This document shows, one piece after another, positions 17,714 through 25,444 of a stretch of DNA of 36,777 nucleotides. Under the pieces are notes generated by a model. It made no database searches. It saw only the letters and a program-made list of their open reading frames with translations, and was not told the DNA's origin. The position numbers and the translations under genes are program-made. The stretch's first letter is position 1; every line of letters starts with the position of its first letter. The stretch comes from a virus. Its lineage: Duplodnaviria > Caudoviricetes. The stretch is from IMG/VR virus record IMGVR_UViG_3300025635_000077, positions 1-36,777 of that record. One strand, 5' to 3'.

Positions 17714-18169
17714 TTAGGCAGCCTTCGCAAATTCCTTGATCGGCCATTCACGCAAGCGCGCGACTGTCTCCGCGTAATCCAGCGCGGCCCAAACCTCGCG
17801 GCGGTTGTCCTTGTTGGCCCAATAGGCGCGCCCGTCCGCCAGCGTCATCGACCGGCAACCGACTTGAACCATCAGCGCGCCCTCCCGGTGCCATGCGAAC
17901 GCGACCCAGGAATTGGGATAGCCAAGATGGATCGCGTCATTGGCACGCGCGAGGTTGGCACGCGCGAGGTTGGCACGCGCGAGGTAGGCACCCGCGAGGT
18001 AGGCACCCGCGAGGTCGGCACCCGCGAGGTCGGCACCCGCTTTCACCGCCAGTTTGACGGCTGCGCCCAACTTCACCCCCTCGCTCTCGCGCTCAAACGA
18101 AGCATCTAGTTCCGCCTCGAACATGACGGCACCGGAGAAGCGGTTTTTGATCTGGTAATTAAATGCCAT
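17714..18169 (-). CDS. pentapeptide repeat protein, first gene of leftward operon
   Basis: A(D/Y/N)LA(G/R) repeats; N-terminal 'QIKNRFSGAVMFEAE'. Confidence 0.85.
   Translation of the reverse strand: MAFNYQIKNRFSGAVMFEAELDASFERESEGVKLGAAVKLAVKAGADLAGADLAGAYLAGAYLARANLARANLARANDAIHLGYPNSWVAFAWHREGALMVQVGCRSMTLADGRAYWANKDNRREVWAALDYAETVARLREWPIKEFAKAA
17940..18040. repeat. 15-bp tandem repeat, about 6.7 copies
   Basis: TTGGCACGCGCGAGG x3, TAGGCACCCGCGAGG x2, TCGGCACCCGCGAGG plus a partial copy; encodes the pentapeptides. Confidence 0.95.
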
Positions 18170-18216
18170 CTTCCGTCTCCCCTTCTGGCCGCGCCCGTGT
18201 TGGGCTGATGGGAAAG

Positions 18217-18260
18217 ACGATAAGGCCAACTTGGCCCGGCTGTCAAGGCCAACTTGGCCT
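18217..18260 (-). promoter_or_regulatory. PL-like promoter with two operators
   Basis: TTGACA (rc 18241-18246), 18 nt, TATCGT. Palindromes GGCCAACTTGGCC at 18224-18236 and 18247-18259 flank the -35. Confidence 0.85.
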
Positions 18261-18332
18261 GATTATTTATAGGTAAAAATACCCCCCCCCCGCGAACGTT
18301 TAGCGAAAGGAATCGTTCGCGTTACCGCTTTT

Positions 18333-18668
18333 TCAGCGGGATGACCGCAGCCGAATGAAAGGGCGGGAGGGCAGTTTATTGAGGTTTTCCGAGCTTTTCC
18401 CGGCGAAAGGGCTGGGGGCCACATCGAACGGCAGCCCAAAGTCTAGGAACCGCTCAATATCCACATCATATATTCGGCACAGGAGGGGGGCGAAATAGGC
18501 GGGCATCCGTCCGCGCTCTTCAAAGCGCCTGTAACGCGCTTCGGAAATACCAAGTCTCGCAGCCAGTTCCGGTTTACTGAGTCCGTGGGCGTCTCTTAAA
18601 AGCCTTATGCGGCGGCCATATTCGGCCTCTAGCGCAGCCTCCCCGAACACTTTCGACTTTACTGCCAA
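18333..18668 (-). CDS. XRE-family HTH repressor (CI position; no peptidase domain)
   Basis: GRRIRLLRDAHGLSKPELAARLGISEARYRRFEERG; lies between the operator clusters. Confidence 0.75.
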   Translation of the reverse strand: MAVKSKVFGEAALEAEYGRRIRLLRDAHGLSKPELAARLGISEARYRRFEERGRMPAYFAPLLCRIYDVDIERFLDFGLPFDVAPSPFAGKSSENLNKLPSRPFIRLRSSR

Positions 18669-18705
18669 AAGAAACCTACCCGTCTCCCCCCGGCGACTCT
18701 ACTAG

Positions 18706-18782
18706 TGCCATCTTGGCCCGGTTCGTTCACGGTGTAACGGTCCAACTTGGCCTTGACGACCAGGCCAAGTTGGCCTTATAAA
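18706..18782 (+). promoter_or_regulatory. PR-like promoter with three operators
   Basis: TTGACG (18753), 18 nt, TATAAA (18777). Operators TGCCATCTTGGCC (18706), GTCCAACTTGGCC (18740), AGGCCAAGTTGGCCT (18762). Confidence 0.85.
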
Positions 18783-18789
18783 GGCACCC

Positions 18790-18984
18790 ATGAACCTGAC
18801 GGACGAGCAATGGCAGGCGGTGAGGGAGGCGGGCTTAAGGGCCGGTGCCACCAAGAACTCCGTCAAAAAGTGGCCCAAGCGGGAAACCGTTCCCTGGCAG
18901 TACCGCCGCAAGGTGGCCGCCCACGTTAAGGCCCACGCGGTCCCGTTGCCGGCAGACTTTCTGGCCATGCTGGAGGGTGCATAG
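18790..18984 (+). CDS. Cro-like regulator
   Basis: 64 aa, 'GATKNSVKKW.KR..VP'; first gene after PR. Confidence 0.75.
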   Translation: MNLTDEQWQAVREAGLRAGATKNSVKKWPKRETVPWQYRRKVAAHVKAHAVPLPADFLAMLEGA

Positions 18985-19019
18985 CGTCATGGCATGGCGG
19001 TGCTTAAATCACATCGACC

Positions 19020-19112
19020 CTTCGCGGTTCTCCCCCTGTACCGCGAAGAGGCTGCGAGCGAGCTTCGGCCCCGCAGCTAGGGCCGCGATCTTTTCTCCCG
19101 AGGTCGCGGCCC
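19020..19112 (+). ncRNA. three tandem hairpins with C/U-rich loops (candidate sRNA or cis element)
   Basis: Stems CTTCGCGGT/ACCGCGAAG, GCTGCG/CGCAGC, GGGCCGCGATCT/AGGTCGCGGCCC; loops 1 and 3 contain TCTCCC. Confidence 0.5.
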
Positions 19113-19128
19113 ATCAATTCATGGGTCA

Positions 19129-19317
19129 TTACGCATGACCCAAGCGGCTCGCAATAGAGACGACTTCACCCGTTGGCGCGGGTTCACTCTCTATAGCGAG
19201 GGCAATGTCAGTGACCTTTCGCGCGAGGAAGTTCAGTTCCTTCGCGCGCGGGTGGGTAGCAGCAAACCGCCTTATGGTGGCGGCGGCGGACAGCAAGTGG
19301 TGGTGGGCTTCGCTCAT
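19129..19317 (-). CDS. hypothetical protein (antisense, between cro and cII-like)
   Basis: 62-aa helical ORF filling the intergenic gap. Confidence 0.4.
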   Translation of the reverse strand: MSEAHHHLLSAAATIRRFAATHPRAKELNFLARKVTDIALAIESEPAPTGEVVSIASRLGHA

Positions 19318-19338
19318 GGTTCAAATCATGGAGCGAAC

Positions 19339-19668
19339 ATGCCCCACAAGGTTACCCCTCCCGAGTCGCAAACGTGCGATAGCGTACAATCCCGATTGAG
19401 TACCGCCTTAGTAGCGCGGCTCTATCCCAACACGACCTTGCATTTCAAACAGATCACGGTTGCGGACCCTGAGTCCTTGCAACGGTGGGCGAAGGGTGAG
19501 GGGGCGCCATCGGCGGAAAACCTGTCCGCGCTGATCCGGTTCTTTTGGAGCGCCGGGGATCGCGCGTTTTTGTTCGAAGTCTTGGGCATCGAACCGCTGG
19601 CGCTGCTTGCGTCTGACATAGGCGACGAGATCGCGGCGGTTTTGAAGCGGAAGGGGATGGCGGCTTGA
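19339..19668 (+). CDS. CII-like HTH regulator
   Basis: GGAG RBS; 'SLQRWAKGEGAPSAENLSALIR' HTH-like segment; position after cro. Confidence 0.55.
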   Translation: MPHKVTPPESQTCDSVQSRLSTALVARLYPNTTLHFKQITVADPESLQRWAKGEGAPSAENLSALIRFFWSAGDRAFLFEVLGIEPLALLASDIGDEIAAVLKRKGMAA

Positions 19669-19693
19669 AGTTCACAAACAGGAGAAAGAGTTA

Positions 19694-20017
19694 ATGGATT
19701 ACGCCAATACGGTCGCGCAGCAGAACATGGGGCGCGTTAGTGCTGCTGGCGCGCCTAACCCGCGCAAACAGACAACCGCTGACGGTTTGGTCACCGATCT
19801 TCGGCAGATGGCAACCCGCGCAGAGCAGGCGACAGAACGTCTCCTTGGGCTGCTTCAGCGAATGGGCGTTGCGCAACCTCCATCAATTGGTGGCCAGAAG
19901 TGTGGGGCTGAAGTTGCCGTCGGGCTGTTCGGTGAAATTGCCGAACTGGCCAACCGCATCCGCGCCGCACAAACCGACGCCGAAAACTTTTTGAGTGAGA
20001 TTGAGAACCACATCTAG
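19694..20017 (+). CDS. coiled-coil hypothetical protein
   Basis: AGGAG RBS; 107 aa, helical. Confidence 0.7.
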   Translation: MDYANTVAQQNMGRVSAAGAPNPRKQTTADGLVTDLRQMATRAEQATERLLGLLQRMGVAQPPSIGGQKCGAEVAVGLFGEIAELANRIRAAQTDAENFLSEIENHI

Positions 20018-20023
20018 CGCGGC

Positions 20024-20227
20024 ATGAACCCGGACCTCTCCAAATTGAGGATCAAAATTGGCGACCGCATCAGAGATATGTCGGGCGCGGAGGGGACAGT
20101 TACGGCGTTGCAGAGCGAAGTTGACGGCCTGATTTGGTGGGTCACGGCAACGATGGATTTGGGCGGCGAGGTCACGGAATTGATGGGGCACTTCGAGAAG
20201 ATTCACAGGAACAAGTTAACGGCATGA
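20024..20227 (+). CDS. small SH3/KOW-like hypothetical protein
   Basis: IKIGDRIR...GTVT; ATGA coupling to the HNH gene. Confidence 0.6.
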   Translation: MNPDLSKLRIKIGDRIRDMSGAEGTVTALQSEVDGLIWWVTATMDLGGEVTELMGHFEKIHRNKLTA

Positions 20228-20931
20228 AGCGGTCAGTTAAGCGCCCCGCTGCGGAGCGGTTTTGGGAAATGGTCGATAAGTCCAGCGGCCCTGACGCGTG
20301 TTGGATATTCCCCCGCGCCCATTGCCGAGATGGTTATGGGCATTTCAGCCTGGACGGCAAAACCATCCCGGCCCATCGGGCCGCATATTTGCTTGAGCGC
20401 GGGCCGATCCCGTCCGGTCATGTGGTTCGGCACGCATGCGATAACCCGCCCTGCGTCAACCCGGATCACTTGCTGGTCGGCACGCAAGCCGACAACGTGC
20501 GCGACAAGTGCGAGCGTGACCGGCACCTATATGGCGAAAAGCACCCCCAGGCCGTTCTTACGCGCGAAACCGTAGAGATGATTCGCGCCCTCTATTCGGA
20601 GGGCGGGGTAACACAGACAGAACTTGCGAAACGATTCGGCGTCTCTCACAAGGGCGTTTCGCAAATCGTCCTGGGGCGGAGATGGCGGTCAGCGGGCGGC
20701 CCGGTAGCCGCGCCCAGCAGAGTAAAGACGCCGCCCTTAACTTCGCAACAGATTGCCGAAATCAAGTCCGCGCATAAGGCTGGCGGCCTAACTTACAGAC
20801 AACTCGGGCTTCAATTCGGCCTTACCCGCTGGGGCGCATGGAGCGTCGTGAATGGCCGCGTGCGGGGCACGGTGACTAAGCCAATGGGCGAGTTTGAGAA
20901 GATTCACCGCGTGAAGTTGAGCGCCACATGA
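20224..20931 (+). CDS. HNH homing endonuclease with tandem HTH domains
   Basis: ERFWEMVDK..CWI, AHRAAY, VRHACDNPPCVNPDHLLVGTQADN. Confidence 0.9.
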   Translation: MKRSVKRPAAERFWEMVDKSSGPDACWIFPRAHCRDGYGHFSLDGKTIPAHRAAYLLERGPIPSGHVVRHACDNPPCVNPDHLLVGTQADNVRDKCERDRHLYGEKHPQAVLTRETVEMIRALYSEGGVTQTELAKRFGVSHKGVSQIVLGRRWRSAGGPVAAPSRVKTPPLTSQQIAEIKSAHKAGGLTYRQLGLQFGLTRWGAWSVVNGRVRGTVTKPMGEFEKIHRVKLSAT

Positions 20932-21281
20932 CCATCATCGTCGCCCTCCCAATGCCTCCCTCCATCAACGCCGCCTATGGCAACAAGAAGCCCGGCCAGC
21001 CTGGCAAGGGCCGCTACAAAACGAAGGCTTATACGGATTGGGAGCGGGATGCGACGGCAATGCTCCAACTGCAAAAGCCCGGACGCACCACGGGAGATGT
21101 GAAGGTGGAATACCTGTTCGGCCCCCGAAACAAAAACGCCGATGTGCTGAATCGGGAAAAGCTGCTGTCCGACTTCCTCGTCTCTGCGGGGATCATCGAG
21201 GACGACCGCTTCATCGTGGAGGCCGTCATTAAGTGGGATGACACGATACGCGGGGCCTGCGCGACGGTGAGGGCGGCGTAA
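20928..21281 (+). CDS. rusA: RusA-family Holliday junction resolvase
   Basis: LPMPPSIN, D..NREK.LSDFL..AGIIEDD. Confidence 0.85.
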   Translation: MTIIVALPMPPSINAAYGNKKPGQPGKGRYKTKAYTDWERDATAMLQLQKPGRTTGDVKVEYLFGPRNKNADVLNREKLLSDFLVSAGIIEDDRFIVEAVIKWDDTIRGACATVRAA

Positions 21282-21721
21282 TGCCTAGGGGGCAAAAGCC
21301 GAAGATATATCCGTCAGACTTAGTGACGCGCGTTGCGGGCCTTTACTCTGCCGGCCGCACCCAAGGGGAGATTGCGGCGGAAGTCGGCCTTTCTCAGAAA
21401 GTGGTTTGGAACCTTATGCGGCGGCACGGTCTTAAGGCGCGCATTGCCGCAAAGCGCGACCAATTCGGAGAAAAGAACCACGCATGGAAGGGCGACGGCG
21501 CTGGATACCAAGCCTTTCATCGGCGTCTTTACGCAAGATTTGGTAAGCCCTCCGCTTGCTCTGCGTGTGGAACTTTAGACGCAGAGCATTACGACTACGC
21601 AAACCTCACGGGACGCTACGAAGATTTGAACGACTACGCGCCGATGTGCCGGTCGTGTCATTGGAAACTGGACGGGAAAGTCTCAAACATCACAAGTCAT
21701 AGGAGGGATGCCGATGCTTAA
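21281..21721 (+). CDS. HTH/NUMOD-linked HNH endonuclease
   Basis: N-terminal HTH, GEKNHAWKGD, CSACG, MCRSCH. Confidence 0.75.
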   Translation: MPRGQKPKIYPSDLVTRVAGLYSAGRTQGEIAAEVGLSQKVVWNLMRRHGLKARIAAKRDQFGEKNHAWKGDGAGYQAFHRRLYARFGKPSACSACGTLDAEHYDYANLTGRYEDLNDYAPMCRSCHWKLDGKVSNITSHRRDADA

Positions 21722-22485
21722 GGTCTTAGACCTTTTCAGCGGTATCGGGGGCTTTCTCTCTTGGTTTGGAGAGAGCCGGTGGCTTTAAGACAGTCGCCTT
21801 CTGTGAAATCGAGCCCTATTGCCGAGCCGTCCTCAGAAAGCATTGGCCCGACGTGCCAATCTACGAGGACGTTAGAGAACTCACCGCCGGCCGCCTCCAT
21901 GCAGACGGAATTTCCGTGGACGTTATCTGTGGCGGATTCCCATGCCAGGACATATCGACCGCTGGCAAAGGTCGAGGAATTGAGGGGGAAAGGTCTGGCC
22001 TCTGGGGCGAGATCATTAGAATTGCTCGCGAGATTCAACCGCGGTTTATCATTGTGGAAAACGTCTCAAATCTCCTGGCTGGAGCCAACGGGCGATGGTT
22101 TGGCCGAGTTCTCGGGGACTTGGCCGCGGTCGGGTTTGATGCTGAATGGAACTGCATACCAGCGTCAGACATTGGAGCGCCACACCTCCGGGATCGCGTT
22201 TGGGTTGTGGCTTACCCCCAGAAAACAGGCTGCCAGAACAGCCAATCACAAAAGGGTATCTTCTGGCCGGGACAATGGGAATCTAGAGGATTTAGTCGCA
22301 ATTCAGGAGGGGCTTCAAACTGGGCTGGTCAAGTGGAGCCTCTGCCCAGAATGGTGCGAGTGGCTAATGGGGTTCCCCATAGGGTGGACCGCATTGGAGC
22401 CATCGGAAATTCCGTCGTCCCCCAGATTCCGGAAATCATTGGCCGCGCCATCATGCAAGCCGAAGCGGAAAGGGTAGGGGCATGA
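21714..22485 (+). CDS. C5 cytosine DNA methyltransferase (alpha chain), 1-nt frameshift near 21753
   Basis: Motif I MLKVLDLFSGIGGF in one frame. GGFPCQD, ENV, GAPHLRDR and IGNSVVP follow in the +1 frame; span is 772 nt (3n+1). Confidence 0.85.
21761..22477 (+). CDS. overlapping alternative-frame MTase beta-like chain (start uncertain)
   Basis: FSGTWPRSGLM, WLTP and LCPEWCEWLMGFPIGWT (motif IX-like), nested in the MTase gene. Confidence 0.65.
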   Translation: MVWREPVALRQSPSVKSSPIAEPSSESIGPTCQSTRTLENSPPAASMQTEFPWTLSVADSHARTYRPLAKVEELRGKGLASGARSLELLARFNRGLSLWKTSQISWLEPTGDGLAEFSGTWPRSGLMLNGTAYQRQTLERHTSGIAFGLWLTPRKQAARTANHKRVSSGRDNGNLEDLVAIQEGLQTGLVKWSLCPEWCEWLMGFPIGWTALEPSEIPSSPRFRKSLAAPSCKPKRKG

Positions 22486-22793
22486 TGCAGCTTTCCATCT
22501 TCGCCGCCATCAAGGCGCGCGACGAAGCCCTAGCGCAAGTCTCTGACAATGCGGGCGATTGGATTGAGTCAGCCCTTGCGCGCATCCCCACGCTATCGGG
22601 GGAGCTAACGGGAGAAGATATCCGGTTCGCGCTGGTCAAGATCGTCGGTGAGCCGCACCACTCAAATGCTTGGGGCGCGCTGATCCGCACAGCGAAGGGG
22701 CGGGGGTTGATTGAGAACACCGGACATTATGTGCCGATGCGGGCGGCGAATAGTCACGCGAGGATAACGCCGGTTTATAGGGTGGTGCGGTGA
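22482..22793 (+). CDS. winged-helix-like hypothetical protein
   Basis: TGEDIR..PHHSNAWGA..SHAR motif; coupled. Confidence 0.7.
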   Translation: MMQLSIFAAIKARDEALAQVSDNAGDWIESALARIPTLSGELTGEDIRFALVKIVGEPHHSNAWGALIRTAKGRGLIENTGHYVPMRAANSHARITPVYRVVR

Positions 22794-23476
22794 GCGATCC
22801 CGTAATCATCGGAGACGCCACGCTCTATTGCGGAGATTGCTTAGACATTCTCCCAACGCTGCCAAAGGTGGACGCGGTGGTGACAGACCCGCCGTATGGG
22901 GTTTCGATTAAGCGCGGGGATTCTAAAATTCAGGATGCCATTCAGCAGGATGTAAGCCCGCCCGACGTATCAGAATTGGCGCGGTGGCCAGCGATTATAT
23001 GGGGGGGCAACAATTTTTGTGACCAGTTGCCGCGTTCCACCGGCTGGCTGGTTTGGTACAAGCACTTCCCCGACATGGCGCGACACTCCCAGGCAGAATT
23101 AGCATGGAGCAACGTCGTGAGAACCGTCCGGCACTACAGCGAGGCATATCACGGCTTCATGCGAGAACGAGATGGCTGGTTCCATCCAACGCAAAAGCCG
23201 CCAGGTTTGATGGGATGGTGTCTCGGCTTCATTCCAGACGCCGAAACCATCCTCGACCCCTTCATGGGCAGCGGCACCACGGGCGTTGCCTGCGCGAAGC
23301 TCGGGCGGCGCTTTATCGGGGTCGAGATTGAGCCCAAATATTTCGACATAGCCTGCCGCCGCATTGATGAGGCTTACAAACAGCCCCGGCTATTCGATGA
23401 GCCTAAGGCTAAGGCCGTGCAGGCGAATCTTTTGGACGGTGCCGCCCGATGGACGATTTCCAATTCTGGCCCCTAG
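22790..23476 (+). CDS. N6-adenine/N4-cytosine DNA methyltransferase (beta class)
   Basis: GDCL, VTDPPYG, HPTQKP, LDPFMGSGTTG. Confidence 0.92.
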   Translation: MSDPVIIGDATLYCGDCLDILPTLPKVDAVVTDPPYGVSIKRGDSKIQDAIQQDVSPPDVSELARWPAIIWGGNNFCDQLPRSTGWLVWYKHFPDMARHSQAELAWSNVVRTVRHYSEAYHGFMRERDGWFHPTQKPPGLMGWCLGFIPDAETILDPFMGSGTTGVACAKLGRRFIGVEIEPKYFDIACRRIDEAYKQPRLFDEPKAKAVQANLLDGAARWTISNSGP

Positions 23477-23643
23477 GCCGGTCCATTCCTGAGGGGTGGG
23501 AGTTTGTTTCGTTTCTAGATCGTCACCACGGCAACCACGCAATCCTAATAGGGAGGGTAATCAATGGAAGCGCCTTGGGTGGAGAGAATGTGGCGCGGTG
23601 CGCTGACCGTGAAGAAGGCACGCGAGGAAAAGCGGAAGTTTAA
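23449..23643 (+). CDS. microprotein, paralogue of 9516-9689
   Basis: QFWPLGRSIPEGWEFVSFLDRHHGNHAILIGRV. Confidence 0.6.
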   Translation: MDDFQFWPLGRSIPEGWEFVSFLDRHHGNHAILIGRVINGSALGGENVARCADREEGTRGKAEV

Positions 23644-23764
23644 GAAGTTCCCGCCCCCGTCAGCCGAGGAAGCCGCCCGATTGATATCTCAATTCATTGC
23701 CGAGCGTGGCGTCACTAAAGGGCCGTCACCGCAAGAGCGACGGGAAATGTGGGGGATGGGGTGA
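23564..23764 (+). CDS. hypothetical protein
   Basis: GGGAGG RBS; 'LISQFIAERGVTK' motif. Confidence 0.55.
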   Translation: MEAPWVERMWRGALTVKKAREEKRKFKKFPPPSAEEAARLISQFIAERGVTKGPSPQERREMWGMG

Positions 23765-23768
23765 GCGC

Positions 23769-23969
23769 ATGAGATTCGATTGTGGCCCGACCTGGAGTGA
23801 AAAATGCGAAGCCGCCAGAGAATGGCATCTCTGGTTTGCGTGGCGTCCTGTGCGAGTTGCCTGCACGCGCGAATGCGTCTGGCTTGAAAAAATTGAGCGC
23901 AGGCAAGGATTCAAAGTGGCCGCCTGTTCGTTCTATTGGGAATACCGCCTTCCTGTGGTTGCAGCATGA
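23769..23969 (+). CDS. Trp-rich hypothetical protein
   Basis: WHLWFAWRPV..VWLE.IERR motif, common in phages. Confidence 0.6.
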   Translation: MRFDCGPTWSEKCEAAREWHLWFAWRPVRVACTRECVWLEKIERRQGFKVAACSFYWEYRLPVVAA

Positions 23970-24178
23970 CCTCCGACATAGACACAGCCCTGGGGCTGAT
24001 GGAGTGGGAGCGGAAGCGAAAAGCACGGCTCTATTACAAGACCGTCGAGAAGAATCGCACGCAGACAGGCTACTACCGGAAGCGCTACCCGAAGATCGCC
24101 TACAAGCTAAAGCTGCGCCGCTGCGGCGTATCCGAGACTACATCGGAAAATGGGAACGGCTTTGCTCACAGTCTGTGA
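23966..24178 (+). CDS. basic hypothetical protein
   Basis: ATGA coupling; 70 aa. Confidence 0.5.
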   Translation: MTSDIDTALGLMEWERKRKARLYYKTVEKNRTQTGYYRKRYPKIAYKLKLRRCGVSETTSENGNGFAHSL

Positions 24179-24268
24179 GGCTAAAAACTGTTGGTAGCCT
24201 TAACAAACTGAGCCTGAGCCGAAATTAGATGTGACGGTTTTCAATCAACCTCTCGTATCTTGGGACAC

Positions 24269-25444
24269 ATGGCAAAAGCAAAACCAAATACCTGGATGCC
24301 CATGTACTGGGGCGATTACTTCAGAGACACGCGGCGGCTCTCCACGCTTGAGCATGGCGCTTACTTGTTGCTGATCGGTGAATACTGGGTAAGCGGGCGA
24401 CCGCTGCCAGACGATGACGCCACGCTGGCCAGACTGGCTGGCACATCCGAACGCGAGTGGCCCCGCATCAAGCCCAACCTTGCCCCCATGTTCACTATCG
24501 AGAAGGGCGAATGGAAGCATGAGCGGGTTGAAAACGAGTTAGCAAAAGCACGCGCTCGGTACGATCAAAAGGTTAGCGCAGGCAAGGCGGGCGGTGAAGC
24601 GAAAGCCAAGCGGGAACCTAGCGAACGCTTAGCGGACGCTACGCCTGAGGGTGTGGCGAAAGCCAAGCGGGGCTCTACACAACCACAACCACACTCTCCT
24701 AACGGAGAGATAAAACCTAATCCTAGCGGATTAGGTAAAAAGCCGACGAAAGGAACGCGCCTTGGAAACGATTGGAAACCTGACCAGCAAGATTGCGATT
24801 TCTGCTGGCAAGAGCTTGGCTGGAGCGGAAGCCGAGCCCACGCAGAAGGCGACAAGTTCCGGGATTACTGGGTCGCCAACCCCAAGGGCGTCAAACTCGA
24901 CTGGCGCGCAACGTGGCGCAACTGGTGCCGTCGTTCCCACGAAAACGCCAAGCCAGTTGCCAACCGGCCCGGACGGGCGACCGAGGGTGAGCGACACGAC
25001 GCTCTCCGTGCTTCGGTCGCTGACGAACTGGTCAATATCGGAGCCACTGCCAACGGGCTGCCAGAATCTGGAAACGGCGCTGTTGGAGCTGGAGATGGCG
25101 CTATCACCGTCGGATACGAAGTCATACCTGACGCTGATGAACCGCCTGTTCGCCAGCCTCCCGTTGCCACCGAAAGAGAGCTTGGAAACTTGGCGCGAAT
25201 TGCTGGCCAAGTACCCGCCGGACGTTCTGAAACGCGCTTCGGATCACGTCTTGAAAACCCACAAGTGGGAAACCCCGCCGAAGATCGCGCAGATGGTGGA
25301 AGCGGCGGAAATCGACGCGAGCTATCGGCGCAGGCTGGCAGCGAAGGCCACGTTGGAGAAGGCCATCATGCGGCAGGGATGGGACAAGCGGGATCGGATG
25401 CGGACTTACTCGACATCCCCGACTTCCTGCGGCGACACGCCTAA
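24269..25444 (+). CDS. replication initiator, DUF1376 (YdaU-like) family
   Basis: WMPMYWGDYFRDT..LS..EHGAYLLL; later FRDYW..K.DW.ATWRNW; long low-complexity tail ending LDIPDFLRRHA. Confidence 0.85.
   Translation: MAKAKPNTWMPMYWGDYFRDTRRLSTLEHGAYLLLIGEYWVSGRPLPDDDATLARLAGTSEREWPRIKPNLAPMFTIEKGEWKHERVENELAKARARYDQKVSAGKAGGEAKAKREPSERLADATPEGVAKAKRGSTQPQPHSPNGEIKPNPSGLGKKPTKGTRLGNDWKPDQQDCDFCWQELGWSGSRAHAEGDKFRDYWVANPKGVKLDWRATWRNWCRRSHENAKPVANRPGRATEGERHDALRASVADELVNIGATANGLPESGNGAVGAGDGAITVGYEVIPDADEPPVRQPPVATERELGNLARIAGQVPAGRSETRFGSRLENPQVGNPAEDRADGGSGGNRRELSAQAGSEGHVGEGHHAAGMGQAGSDADLLDIPDFLRRHA

Noticed and set aside
17068-17751. Single 227-aa protein
   Set aside because: Better explained as non-coding leader plus two genes joined by a 1-nt indel.
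17940-18040. CRISPR-like array
   Set aside because: The 15-bp units are contiguous with no spacers and encode pentapeptide repeats.
21714-23476. Restriction-modification system
   Set aside because: No cognate restriction endonuclease; the adjacent HNHs look like homing types, so the MTases are treated as orphans.
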